Assembly (NCBI GenBank): GCA_964291265.2
Contig: OZ219747.1
Span: 1,920,001 to 1,984,000 of the forward strand
DNA: 64,000 bases
Reading direction: 5' to 3'
Origin: Alphaproteobacteria bacterium
GTDB lineage: Bacteria > Pseudomonadota > Alphaproteobacteria > SP197
How positions within the stretch are numbered: position 1 is the stretch's first letter; each line of letters opens with the position of its first letter. Position numbers and translations under genes: made by a program. The notes beneath the pieces were generated by a model. The model saw only the letters and a list, made by a program, of their open reading frames with translations. It did no database searches and was not told the origin of the DNA. Positions 49,064-59,170 of this stretch are shown here, piece after piece.

Positions 49064-50733
49064 TGCCGGAATCGTCGCGCATGGGTGCCGGTGAGGCCGT
49101 GGCGCACATTCTCGAACAGGCCGGTGTCAGCACGGTCTTCGGGGTCATCGGCGGTTCGATGCTCGAACTCCTCGATGCGCTCCACGATTCCCCCATGTCC
49201 TACATCGGCGCCCGCGACGAGCGTGCTGCCGGACACATGGCGGATGCTGCAGCACGCCTGTCCGGCGGGCCGGGCGTGGTGCTCGGCGCCCAGGCCGGCC
49301 CGGGTGTCGTCAACCTGGCGACGGCCCTTGCGGAGGCTCACCTCGCCTACTCTCCCGTGGTGGCCATCGCCGGCGCCATTCCGCGCAGCCAGTCAGGGCG
49401 CGACACCTTCCAGGAAATCGACCAGGAAGCGCTCCTGGCGCCGGTGACGAAGCGCTCGATCCGCGTGCCGCAAGCCGACAGGCTCTGCGAACTCCTCAAC
49501 GAGGCACTGCGTGTCGCCATGACCGGCAGGCGTGGTCCCGTCGTCCTCCACGTGCCGCGGGACATCTTCGCGTCATCGGTGCCCGCAAGTCTGCCGGGAC
49601 TTTCCGGGTCCATCACGGCAGGGGCGCCGGCGGGCCGGCACATCGAACAGGTGAGGGACCTGCTCGCCGTCTCCAGGCGCCCGGTGATCGTGGCCGGCGG
49701 TGGAGTGAAGTGGGCGAGGGGTTCGGCTGACCTCGACCGCCTTGCCCGCGCACTCGACGTTCCCGTCGTCGCCGCGACCGGCCACCACGACGTGCTGGCG
49801 ACGGACCACCCGCTGCTGGCCGGCCAGGCGGGCCCGCGCGGCAACCGACTTGCCTCCAGGCTCACACGCGAGGCCGATTTCATCCTGGCGCTGGGAACCC
49901 GTCTCGGATTCAATTCGACCTTTCACAGCGCCGACTACGTCAACCCGCACGCAGCCATCGTGCAGGTGGATATCGATGCCGCGGTGCCTGGCCGTCATTT
50001 CCCGGTGACACTGGGTCTTGTCGCCGATGCCGGTGAGGCGGCCCGTGCCTTCGTGACGGCTGTGCCGAAGGTCGTGCGCTGGCAGGCCTGGACAAGGGCC
50101 TTTCATGATGAACGGCGCCTCATCGAGGCCGAGCGAGAGAGCGAGGCCCGGTTGCCGAACGTGCCTCTCCCGCCGGTGAGAGTCCTGGGAGAGATACGCG
50201 AGTCGCTTCCCGCGAATGCGATCGTCACCCTCGATACGGGCGCCGTCTGCCTGCAGGCCGCCGACCGCCTGAAGTTCGGCCGTTGTCCGGGCCTCGTGAC
50301 ACCGCTGGATTTCGGCCTCGTCGGTTTCGCCTATGCCGCCGCGCTGGGAGCGCAGGCGGCATCACCCGGGTCCCCGGTGGTCGCCGTCATGGGGGATGGT
50401 GGATTCGGTCTTTCCATGATCGAGTTGACGACAGCCATGCAGCACGATCTTCCGGTCATCGCCATCGTTCTCGACAACCGCGCCTGGGGCGCCGAGAAGG
50501 CCTACCAGCGGGACTTCTTCGACGAACGCTACGTGGGAGCCGATCTCCTCAATCCACCCTTTGCCGACTATGCCCGTCTGCTTGGCGCCGGAGGCTGGCG
50601 CGTCAGCCGGCCAGGGGAGACGGCAAAGGCGCTCGCCAGCGCACTCGGCACCGGAAAACCGGCCGTCATCCATGTCGATGTCGATCCCGACGCCATCCAG
50701 AGCCTGAGGACAGACCTCTTCACGAAACGCTGA
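49063..50733 (+). CDS. Thiamine-diphosphate-dependent enzyme (acetolactate synthase/Xsc-like)
   Basis: RDERAAGHMAD, GPGVVN, FQEIDQ and GDGG...N..WGAEK motifs. Confidence 0.88.
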   Translation: MPESSRMGAGEAVAHILEQAGVSTVFGVIGGSMLELLDALHDSPMSYIGARDERAAGHMADAAARLSGGPGVVLGAQAGPGVVNLATALAEAHLAYSPVVAIAGAIPRSQSGRDTFQEIDQEALLAPVTKRSIRVPQADRLCELLNEALRVAMTGRRGPVVLHVPRDIFASSVPASLPGLSGSITAGAPAGRHIEQVRDLLAVSRRPVIVAGGGVKWARGSADLDRLARALDVPVVAATGHHDVLATDHPLLAGQAGPRGNRLASRLTREADFILALGTRLGFNSTFHSADYVNPHAAIVQVDIDAAVPGRHFPVTLGLVADAGEAARAFVTAVPKVVRWQAWTRAFHDERRLIEAERESEARLPNVPLPPVRVLGEIRESLPANAIVTLDTGAVCLQAADRLKFGRCPGLVTPLDFGLVGFAYAAALGAQAASPGSPVVAVMGDGGFGLSMIELTTAMQHDLPVIAIVLDNRAWGAEKAYQRDFFDERYVGADLLNPPFADYARLLGAGGWRVSRPGETAKALASALGTGKPAVIHVDVDPDAIQSLRTDLFTKR

Positions 50734-50825
50734 TGACAAGGCTAAGCATTCTTGGTCAGCGGGACATCGTCAAGAATGGCACATCCGGTCAGGCTGCACG
50801 CCGCCGTCCGTGCCATGATCGGTCC

Positions 50826-51728
50826 ATGCGTCACGTCACTGCAGAGTCCTGTTACAGTCGTCTTGTCAAGGCACTCGAAGCCGTGGCAGGCCGTCTCGAC
50901 CATCCCTGGACGGTCGAGGAGGTGGCCGCGGAGGCGAGGTTCTCGCGCTTCCACTGTCAGCGCGTGTTCCGTGCCATGACCGGCGAGACGATCGCCGGTC
51001 TGACGCGCCGGTTGCGTCTGGAGCGTGCCGCCTGGCGCCTCCGTCACGAACCGGTCGACGTCATCGAGGTTGCCCTGGATGCGGGCTACAACTCGCCGGA
51101 AGCCTTCTCGAGGGCATTCCGCCGGGGCTGCGGGATGAGCCCCAGCCGATACCGAAGCGCATGGCCGCTTCCTCGGTTCGCCGGCCCGCAGGCGCGGGTC
51201 CGGTACGACCCCGGTGACGGACGTCTCGAATTCGATCCACCAAGAGGAGACACCAGCATGGAAGTCCGTATCGACACCCTCGAAGCCATCGAGGTCGCCC
51301 GCATCCGACACGTCGGTCCCTACAACGAGGTGGGGCCGTCATTCGAGCGCCTGTTCGGGTGGGCGGCCAGTATCGGCGCCGAATTCGGCCGCGTCATCGC
51401 CCTCTCCCATGACGACCCCTATGACGTCAGGGCCGAGAACCTGCGTTCGGACGTCTGCCTCGAGATGCGTACCGACGCCTCGCCGCCGCCCGGTATCACG
51501 TTCGGCATGATCGAGGCGGGGCGCTTCGCCATCCATACCCACCGCGGCCCCTATGACGGCATTGCGGAAGCCTACCAGCGGCTCTTCTCGCGATGGTTGC
51601 CGCAAAGCGGCGAGGACATCGACGACAGGCCGGTCATGGAAATCTACCGCAACTCGCCTGTCGACACCGCGCCCGCAGACCTGCTGACCGACCTCTGTCT
51701 TCCGTTGAGGGCCGCATCCGGGCCCTGA
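50826..51728 (+). CDS. AraC-family regulator with a C-terminal GyrI-like effector domain
   Basis: SRFH.QRVF, VALDAGYNSPEAFSRAF, RHVGPY, HRGPY and EIYRNSP motifs. Confidence 0.9.
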   Translation: MRHVTAESCYSRLVKALEAVAGRLDHPWTVEEVAAEARFSRFHCQRVFRAMTGETIAGLTRRLRLERAAWRLRHEPVDVIEVALDAGYNSPEAFSRAFRRGCGMSPSRYRSAWPLPRFAGPQARVRYDPGDGRLEFDPPRGDTSMEVRIDTLEAIEVARIRHVGPYNEVGPSFERLFGWAASIGAEFGRVIALSHDDPYDVRAENLRSDVCLEMRTDASPPPGITFGMIEAGRFAIHTHRGPYDGIAEAYQRLFSRWLPQSGEDIDDRPVMEIYRNSPVDTAPADLLTDLCLPLRAASGP

Positions 51729-52323
51729 CAAGCCGATCCCTTCCCGGGCCATCGGGGTGGGGGCGGTGAATTCGGGGAACGGCGATGCGGCTGAAGCCGG
51801 ACCGGCGGCACCGACACGCAAGGCGATGCCCGCAAGGCGCTTTGGTGATGCCGCGAATCAGGATGCCAAGGAAGTTGCCAAGTGGCCGACGACCGCGCCC
51901 GACGTCTGACCGGCGCTTTCGGGACAATCGAGGCAGACGAGGCTGGCGACGAGTTCTCCGAGCGAAAGGAGACCGTTGACTGGTCTGGGATCGCTGTCGA
52001 GAACCGTGGCGGTCGTGTCGATGGACAGACCGCCTGAAGGTGATGGCCCGGTTCGATTTCGGAATGATCGGCGCTTCGGTGGAGCGCTCAGTCCCTGACC
52101 GCGGGGTAGAAGGCGATGTCCTGCAGGACGGCGGCATCGAAGGCCTCGTCATCGTCAGCGCCCTTGTGCCGTCGAGGTCAACCGCCACGCCGGGGGCAGG
52201 ATCTTCGCCGAGGACGGCGGCCTCCTTGTTGACAAGCAGGGGCATCAGCCTACCATGGATTGCCGGTTCAGCCGTGGCAAACGGAGGGCAGGCGCGGCTG
52301 AACGCAGGAGAGGACGCGGTCGA

Positions 52324-53190
52324 TTGCACGACACCGCACGATACAACACCAACGGCTTCGAGACCGCGTGCCTGGATGTCGGGCCGGCAGGGGCGCCGGC
52401 AGTCATGTTGAGTCACAGCCATTTCAGCGACTGTCGCATGTGGCGCCCCCAGATCGACGCACTTGCAGAACGCTACCGGGTTGTCGCCTACGACACCCGC
52501 GGCCACGGTGCGAGCGGTGTGCCGAAGGGCCCGTACACTCTCGAAGATCTGGCGAGTGACGCGCTTGCGCTGATCGACGCGCTGCAGCTCGATGCCGTTC
52601 ATTTCGCCGGATTGTCCATGGGCGGCATGATCGGCATGACTCTTGCGCTGAAGGCGCCCGGGCGCGTGAGATCGCTGCTGCTCTGCGATACGGCCGCGGA
52701 GATGCCGGCCGGCACGTGGGACGAGCGAATCGCGACGGCACGCACCCGGGGCGTCAGCCCGTTGCTCGAGTCGACGATGTCCCGCTGGTTCACGCCTGCA
52801 TTCCGCAACTCGTCTCCCGAGACGGTCGCATGGATCCGTCGCATCGCATCGGGTACCGTGACAGAGGGTTACATTGCCTGCGCCGAGGCCATCAAGGCGA
52901 TGAACCTGGTGCCGCATCTCGACGCCATCCGCACTCCCACCCGGGTGATCGTTGGCGCCGAGGACCCGGCCACACCGGTGGCGGCTGCACGGGTGCTGGC
53001 GAGCAGCATCCCGGGTGCTGACCTGGTGGTGATCGATGCCGCCTCCCATCTCGCGAATCTCGAACAACCGGCATCCTTCACCGACGCGATGCTGGCATTT
53101 CTCGACAGGCACGCGGCGACCGCCACACACGCCGTGGGCGCGTTGTCGTCATCTCGCCCGGCTCAACAGGCCGACGGTGGGTCGCCTTAA
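52324..53190 (+). CDS. pcaD: 3-oxoadipate enol-lactonase-like alpha/beta hydrolase; start uncertain
   Basis: YDTRGHGAS, GLSMGGMIG, RWFT, D.ATP and ASHLANLEQP motifs. Confidence 0.75.
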   Translation: MHDTARYNTNGFETACLDVGPAGAPAVMLSHSHFSDCRMWRPQIDALAERYRVVAYDTRGHGASGVPKGPYTLEDLASDALALIDALQLDAVHFAGLSMGGMIGMTLALKAPGRVRSLLLCDTAAEMPAGTWDERIATARTRGVSPLLESTMSRWFTPAFRNSSPETVAWIRRIASGTVTEGYIACAEAIKAMNLVPHLDAIRTPTRVIVGAEDPATPVAAARVLASSIPGADLVVIDAASHLANLEQPASFTDAMLAFLDRHAATATHAVGALSSSRPAQQADGGSP

Positions 53191-53216
53191 CCCGATATCA
53201 ACTGGAGGAAGAGAGA

Positions 53217-54299
53217 ATGTTGGATTTCAAGGCTCGAAAGTTCCTGGTTCAGGAGGCGCTGGAGTTCGCGGAGTGGAGCCGGCGCGATCTCTTGAAGGCC
53301 GGCGCCGCGGCGGGCGCCGTGGTCGCTGGAACGGCCCTGGCGAGCGACATCACCGGCGCCAGTGCACAGGACAAGAAGGTTCGCGTGGGCATTCCGCTGA
53401 CCTACGGCCCCTTCAACCAGCCCTGGCGTCGAGGATGCTGGCAGCTCGTGAAGACGGTCCTCGACATGGGGGGTGAGCCGGTCACGATTCGGGGTGAGCC
53501 GACCAAGGCGAGTGAGCAGGAAGCCGAACGCGCGCTCCTTGACCGCGATATCGACGTGCTGTGCATGGGAATCTATTCACTGGAGCCGGAGACGGAGTAC
53601 ATCGCCGACGAAGCCCACGCGCGCGGCATCCCGACGGTGGGCTTCGCCGTGCCCGTCAAGAATTCACCTGCCGTGGTCGAAGACACCTGGGCGACGGCGA
53701 TGACCCTGGGATACTACGTTCAGAACGTTCTCCAGCGCCGGGGGACACTGGTGCAGACAGCCGAGGACAAGGGCTTCTACACGCCCTTCGACATGGAGGC
53801 CGACATGCTCGACCTCATGACGAAGTATGAGCCTCGCATGGACATGTTGCCGTTCATGCCCGGCAGCGTCTCCACCCAGGACCAGATCTCCAAGGGGCGC
53901 GAGAACGCCTTGGCGCTGCTCCAGTCCAACCCGGAGCCGGGCTCCGTCAGTGGTCTTGTCTCGTGGTGGTGGCCGCTGACGATCGGTGCCGGCCAGGCCA
54001 TGCAGCAGATGGGGCGCGACGACCTGCGACTCTTCAATCACTACTTCTCGGACCAACTCCTGGGCGAGATGGCGGCGAACACCTATCCGATCGAGTTCTC
54101 CACCGATGTTCCGTGGCACACACTGGGTCACAAGACTGCCGAACTCGCCATGGCCATGGGTGCTGGCGAGACAGTCGAACCACACCAGTATCGTGTGCCG
54201 GTGACCGCCATACTCCAGGAAGAGGCCGAGGCTGCACTGGCCGAAGTGCAGGACATGGATCGCCAGGCAATCGCGCTTCTCGGCGAATACGGCGGCTAG
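53217..54299 (+). CDS. Sugar-type ABC transporter substrate-binding protein with Tat signal
   Basis: SRRDLLK twin-arginine motif; SD GGAGG; precedes permease and ATPase genes. Confidence 0.8.
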   Translation: MLDFKARKFLVQEALEFAEWSRRDLLKAGAAAGAVVAGTALASDITGASAQDKKVRVGIPLTYGPFNQPWRRGCWQLVKTVLDMGGEPVTIRGEPTKASEQEAERALLDRDIDVLCMGIYSLEPETEYIADEAHARGIPTVGFAVPVKNSPAVVEDTWATAMTLGYYVQNVLQRRGTLVQTAEDKGFYTPFDMEADMLDLMTKYEPRMDMLPFMPGSVSTQDQISKGRENALALLQSNPEPGSVSGLVSWWWPLTIGAGQAMQQMGRDDLRLFNHYFSDQLLGEMAANTYPIEFSTDVPWHTLGHKTAELAMAMGAGETVEPHQYRVPVTAILQEEAEAALAEVQDMDRQAIALLGEYGG

Positions 54300-54508
54300 T
54301 CTTCGCGCGACGACTGATCCTCTGGGGCAAGACGGCGTCACGTGGGCCGTTTCGCTCCGGAGGATGTTGCTGTGCAGGCCCTTCGGGCGACATTGGCCCG
54401 GGCGGTCTTGGCACCGGCAGGAGGCGGTTTCGTCGGCGGGCAATCTCTGACGTATGGTCGGTTCGGGGGACCTGATCGGCTCAGAATCCGGGGTTTGCGA
54501 TAGCTGTC

Positions 54509-55570
54509 ATGGAAGGGGAGAAAATGGTCGGACCTGTCGATGAGCCCGCGGCAGCGCCAGAGGACGCGTCGGCCTCCGCTCCGGCGTCGGGGGAGCCGTT
54601 CTGGTTGAGCCTGGTGCGCAGGTGGGGGACCATCGCCGTCATCGTCGTGACGGCAGTCGGCTTCTCCTTTGCGACTCCCTATTTTCTCACCTTCGCGAAC
54701 TTCAACAACATTCTCTTCTCCATGATCGTGCCGTGCCTGGTGTCGATCGGGCTGACCTATGTGGTGATCGCCGGCAGCTTCGATCTCTCCGTTGGCCTGT
54801 GCGTGACCACGACATCGATCGTCTGCGCCTTCCTGATCCCACTGGTCGGGCCATGGCCCGCGATCACGCTCTCCCTGCTGGTCGCCGTCCTGATCGGATC
54901 GATCAACGGCGTTCTGGTCACCTACGGACGGTTGTCGGGGATCGTGGTCACGCTGGGGATGATGTTCGTGCTCGGCGGTATCAACATCTATCTGACGGGC
55001 GGCTACCAGGTTGCAGTCGACTATACGGAACAGGCGTTCCGCTACATCGGGCAGGGCCGGATCCAGTTGACGGACGACCGCAGCATGGCGATCGGCGTGC
55101 CCGTCGTGATTCTGGCGGTGATCTTCATCCTTCATCTGGTCCTTTCGGGCAGGACGCGGGCCGGCTATTACATTCGGGCGGTTGGCGACAATGCGATGGC
55201 GGCGTTCTATTCGGGCATTCCCGTCTATCGCTGGGTGATCGTGGCTTTCGTTCTTTCTTCGCTCACCGCCGGGATCGGCGGTGTGCTGTTGACCTCGATT
55301 TCCTCCTCGGCGCAACCAGTGGGCGGCGAAGGGTATCTTCTCGGAGCGTTCGCGGCGGTGTTCATGGGCGCAACGGTACTCGGCAAGGGCAAGCCCCATG
55401 TCCTGGGCACATTGCTCGGCGTGTTCTTCATCTACATGGTGAACTCGGGCATGAACATGGTGGGGTTCCCCTTCGCCGCCCGCCAACTCTTTGCCGGGTG
55501 CATACTGATTCTTGCGGTCGGCGCCAATGCCATGCTGAACCGCGAGGAGATTCACCTGAAGTTCATCTGA
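54509..55570 (+). CDS. Sugar-type ABC transporter permease
   Basis: GSFDLSVG, IRAVGDN..AA..SGI and AAVFMGAT motifs. Confidence 0.9.
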   Translation: MEGEKMVGPVDEPAAAPEDASASAPASGEPFWLSLVRRWGTIAVIVVTAVGFSFATPYFLTFANFNNILFSMIVPCLVSIGLTYVVIAGSFDLSVGLCVTTTSIVCAFLIPLVGPWPAITLSLLVAVLIGSINGVLVTYGRLSGIVVTLGMMFVLGGINIYLTGGYQVAVDYTEQAFRYIGQGRIQLTDDRSMAIGVPVVILAVIFILHLVLSGRTRAGYYIRAVGDNAMAAFYSGIPVYRWVIVAFVLSSLTAGIGGVLLTSISSSAQPVGGEGYLLGAFAAVFMGATVLGKGKPHVLGTLLGVFFIYMVNSGMNMVGFPFAARQLFAGCILILAVGANAMLNREEIHLKFI

Positions 55571-57108
55571 TGAGGGTGGCGGCCATGGCTGCGAGCAAGA
55601 CAGGGGCCGACTGCGACAAGACCCTCGTCGATATCACCGACCTCGAAAAGCAGTTCTCCGGAACCAGGGCATTGGACGGCGTTTCGATGCGGTTCCGCCG
55701 TGGCGAGGTGCATGGATTGCTGGGCGAGAACGGCGCAGGCAAGTCGACCCTCGTCAAGATCCTGACCGGGGTCTACGCGCCGACCGCCGGACACATCGCG
55801 CTGGCAGGCGAACCGGTTCGCATCGACAGCCCTCTGGCGGCGCACAGGCTGGGATTCGGTGCCGTTTATCAGGATGCCGAAGTGATCAGCAGCTTCACCG
55901 TGGGGCAGAATGTCCTGTTGGGCAATGAACCTGGCGGGATCCTCGTTGATCAGCGCAGGATACATGCCGAAGCCCGAGGCATTCTCGACCGGATGGGAAT
56001 CGACCTCGATGTGCGCCGCCCGGCAGCGGATCTCTCGGCGGCCGAGATGCAGCTCGTCACGCTCGCGACTCTCTTTCAGCGCCGCTACAGGCTGATCGTG
56101 CTCGACGAGCCGACAGCGCGACTGTCGGCATCGGAGGTCGAGATCCTGTTCGGACTGATAGAGAGGTTTCGGGATCAGGGCATCACGATCATCTACATTT
56201 CTCACCGGCTGAGCGAAATCCAGCGCATTTGCGACCGTATCACGATCCTGCGCGGCGGCGTCGTGTCGGCGACTCTCGAGCGAAATGACATCACCGAGGA
56301 GCGCGTCACCGAGCTCATGGTCGCCAGGAGTCGTGCCGACCTGAAGATCGAGAATCCGGGACTGGCAACGGACCGTTCCCTGCTTGAGGTCGAGAACCTG
56401 TGCACGGACCATCTCGAGCCTCTGTCGTTCTCGGTGCGCGCCGGCGAAATCCTCGGTATCACCGGCCCGGTCGGCGGCGGGATGGAGCAGATCGGCCGCG
56501 CGCTGGGCGGCGTGGTTCAACACGACGGCTCCGTCCGCATCGACGGCAAGGGGGTCTCCACCCGAAACCCCCGTGTGTCGCGCGGTGCCGGGATCTCGGT
56601 CGTTCCGGAAGACCGCCGCCGGCAGGCACTCTTCCCTGAACTCAGCCTGGCAGACAACGTGTCGCTGCCGGTGCTGGGCCAACTCAGCCGCCTCGGCTTG
56701 ATCGGAGGCCAGCTCAAGTTGCGCTACGCCAGGGAAGTCGTGGATCGTCTTTCGGTCAGCCCCTCCATGCCCGGCCGATCGGTCAAGTTCTTTTCGGGCG
56801 GCAATCAGCAGAAGGCGGTGATCGGCAAGTGGATGAGCGCCCGTGCGCGGCTCTTCATATTCGTCGAACCGACGGCAGGTGTCGATGTGGGTGCGATCAA
56901 GGAGATCTACGACATTATCCTGAACATTGCTCGTGAGAAGCATGCGGTGATCCTCATCACGTCTGCCGCCGAGGAGATCATGGCGCTGGCCGAGACCGTG
57001 ATGGTGGTGCATGACGGCCACCTCGTGCACCACGCGCCCAAGGTGGATTGCACGCACGATCAACTGCTGACGCTCTCCATGGGCGGCCGTTCGCACGTCA
57101 AGACCTGA
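55570..57108 (+). CDS. Sugar ABC transporter ATP-binding protein (double ABC domain)
   Basis: GENGAGKST, LDEPT, PEDRR and SGGNQQK motifs. Confidence 0.92.
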   Translation: MRVAAMAASKTGADCDKTLVDITDLEKQFSGTRALDGVSMRFRRGEVHGLLGENGAGKSTLVKILTGVYAPTAGHIALAGEPVRIDSPLAAHRLGFGAVYQDAEVISSFTVGQNVLLGNEPGGILVDQRRIHAEARGILDRMGIDLDVRRPAADLSAAEMQLVTLATLFQRRYRLIVLDEPTARLSASEVEILFGLIERFRDQGITIIYISHRLSEIQRICDRITILRGGVVSATLERNDITEERVTELMVARSRADLKIENPGLATDRSLLEVENLCTDHLEPLSFSVRAGEILGITGPVGGGMEQIGRALGGVVQHDGSVRIDGKGVSTRNPRVSRGAGISVVPEDRRRQALFPELSLADNVSLPVLGQLSRLGLIGGQLKLRYAREVVDRLSVSPSMPGRSVKFFSGGNQQKAVIGKWMSARARLFIFVEPTAGVDVGAIKEIYDIILNIAREKHAVILITSAAEEIMALAETVMVVHDGHLVHHAPKVDCTHDQLLTLSMGGRSHVKT

Positions 57109-57130
57109 CGTGAGTCGGCATGAGTGCTGC

Positions 57131-59125
57131 TCACGGTGCGCTGTCGTCGCAAGGCGGCTTGAACAGGGCTTCGTCGAGCAACGCGGCGATTTCCCAGACT
57201 TCGATCCGGTCTCCTGCGCCAAGCGCCTGCACGGCGGCCGTGTACATCACCACGTCCTTGGGACATGACACGATGAAACGCGAGACGCCGTCGAGCGCCA
57301 GAGCCTCCTCGATCCGGCTTTCGCTTGGGCGTTGGGCGAGGTCGCTGTCGTCCATCCAGATGCGCCCGCCTCCGGCGCCGCAGCAATAGCTGTTCTCCCG
57401 GCAGCGGCCCATGTCGCGGAGCGTGTGTCCGAGCCGACGGATCAACCGTCTCGGGGCCTCGAACTCATCGTTGTAGCGACCGAGATAACAGGGGTCGTGA
57501 TAGGTGACGACATGCTTCGTCCGGGGAACCGGGTCAAGTCTGCCTTCCTCCACCAGTTCGCCAAGGAAGTGCGCGTGGTGCACCACATCGTACTGCGCCC
57601 CCAGCGCCGGGTACTCGTTGCGAAGGGCGTTCAGGCTGTGAGGGTCAGTCGTCAGGATGCGGTCGAAGTGACAGGTTTCGAGCGTGGTGATGTTGTGCCG
57701 GGCGAGCATCTCGAACAATCCCTCGTCGCCGACCCGGCGCACGTCATTGCCGCTGTTGTTCTCGCCGTCATAGAGGATGCCGAAGTCCACCTCAGCCCGT
57801 GCGAGCAACTCGGCGAAGAGGACCGTGAGTCGCTGGACGCGGGGGTCGAAACTTGCAAAGTCGCCGACGAACCACAGGATGTCGACCCTCTCCCTGCGCG
57901 CGTCCTTGGGCTTGACGGTCAAGGTCCGAGTCCAGCGCGCCCGTTGTCTGGGCGACTTGCCGAAGGAGTTGCCGTGAGTCTGCAGGCTGACAAGCGAATC
58001 CTGCAGCATCGGTTCGATCTTGCCGTCTTCCACCAGGGAACGCCGCAGCTGCACGATCTTTGGCACGTGCTCGATATGAAGCGGGCAGACCTCCATGCAG
58101 GCGCGGCACGTGGTGCAGGCCCAGAGCGCCTCGCTGCTGATCAGTCCGCCGGCCATGCCCGCGCCGGCGCCCGAGTCCCTGTCCCAGAGTGAGGAGAATC
58201 CCTCCCGCAGGTCCATGACGAGTCGCTTCGGGCTGAGTGGAGCGCCAGAGCCGTGGGCCGGACAGACCGCCTGGCAACGGCCACACTCGGTGCAGGAAAG
58301 ACCGTCAAGAATGTCCTTCCAGGTGAAATCGTGGACATCGCGGACCACGCCGGGTCGCTCGTCATCGTCACCCAGGGGCGGCGGTGCGGGAAGCTGACCC
58401 TTGGGCGCCAGCGAGCGGAAGAAGATATTGGGAGCAGCCGCGAACATGTGACGGTGTTTGGATCCCGGAATGTAGACAAGAAACGCGAGGATCGAAGCGA
58501 TGTGGGCCCAGTAGAAGGCCTGTGCTGCAACGTCCGCATCGGCACCGGCCAGTCCCAGCCTGCCCAGTCCCCTGGCCACCAGGGCCGAAAGCGGCCGGTA
58601 GGTTTCCGTCGGATCGTCTCCCGCCGCGATCCGCCCGGCCCATTCCAGGAGCGTGGTGAAGATGATGCTGGCGATCAGGATGTAGATGATCGTCGCATCC
58701 CGCCTGTTGGAGCCGACAAAACGAGCCGGTTGCCGCACGAAGCGATGCCAGATCGCCATGCCCAGCGCCGCTGCGACAATGAGGACAAATGCTTCCTGCA
58801 GTGCGGCAAGCCAGGTGTGGCCGCCGACGGATTCCAGACTGAAACCAGGGAAGAAGCCGGAACCAAAGGCCTGGACGATGACGGTGAACAGGACCAGGAA
58901 ACTCGTGAAGATCATGAGATGCATGACGCCGGAGAAGCGAAAGCGCAGGAGACGTCGGTGTAGCAGGATATCCGTGAGGACCCCTGCAAACCGGCGCCAC
59001 GGATGGTCCAGGCGACTGGCGGGCCGGGCCTTTGCGAGTGGTCCGAGCCAGAGGCGAGCGCGCCAGCCGGCGCCCGCGATGGCAGCGAGCGTCGCAATCA
59101 GGAGGATCAAGGGCTGTGTGTTCAT
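57131..59125 (-). CDS. Membrane Fe-S oxidoreductase (FadF/heterodisulfide reductase-like)
   Basis: TM region, CTECGRCQAVCP, CTTCRACMEVCP, YHDPCYLGR and CCGAGGG motifs. Confidence 0.9.
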   Translation of the reverse strand: MNTQPLILLIATLAAIAGAGWRARLWLGPLAKARPASRLDHPWRRFAGVLTDILLHRRLLRFRFSGVMHLMIFTSFLVLFTVIVQAFGSGFFPGFSLESVGGHTWLAALQEAFVLIVAAALGMAIWHRFVRQPARFVGSNRRDATIIYILIASIIFTTLLEWAGRIAAGDDPTETYRPLSALVARGLGRLGLAGADADVAAQAFYWAHIASILAFLVYIPGSKHRHMFAAAPNIFFRSLAPKGQLPAPPPLGDDDERPGVVRDVHDFTWKDILDGLSCTECGRCQAVCPAHGSGAPLSPKRLVMDLREGFSSLWDRDSGAGAGMAGGLISSEALWACTTCRACMEVCPLHIEHVPKIVQLRRSLVEDGKIEPMLQDSLVSLQTHGNSFGKSPRQRARWTRTLTVKPKDARRERVDILWFVGDFASFDPRVQRLTVLFAELLARAEVDFGILYDGENNSGNDVRRVGDEGLFEMLARHNITTLETCHFDRILTTDPHSLNALRNEYPALGAQYDVVHHAHFLGELVEEGRLDPVPRTKHVVTYHDPCYLGRYNDEFEAPRRLIRRLGHTLRDMGRCRENSYCCGAGGGRIWMDDSDLAQRPSESRIEEALALDGVSRFIVSCPKDVVMYTAAVQALGAGDRIEVWEIAALLDEALFKPPCDDSAP

Positions 59126-59170
59126 GCGTCCATGCCATCACTGCGACCCCGCACAGGGCCGCGAGGACAT

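Noticed and set aside
54622-55569. N-terminal extension making an 828-aa ABC ATPase
   Set aside because: It overlaps the permease in another frame; the real start is at 55570 or 55585.
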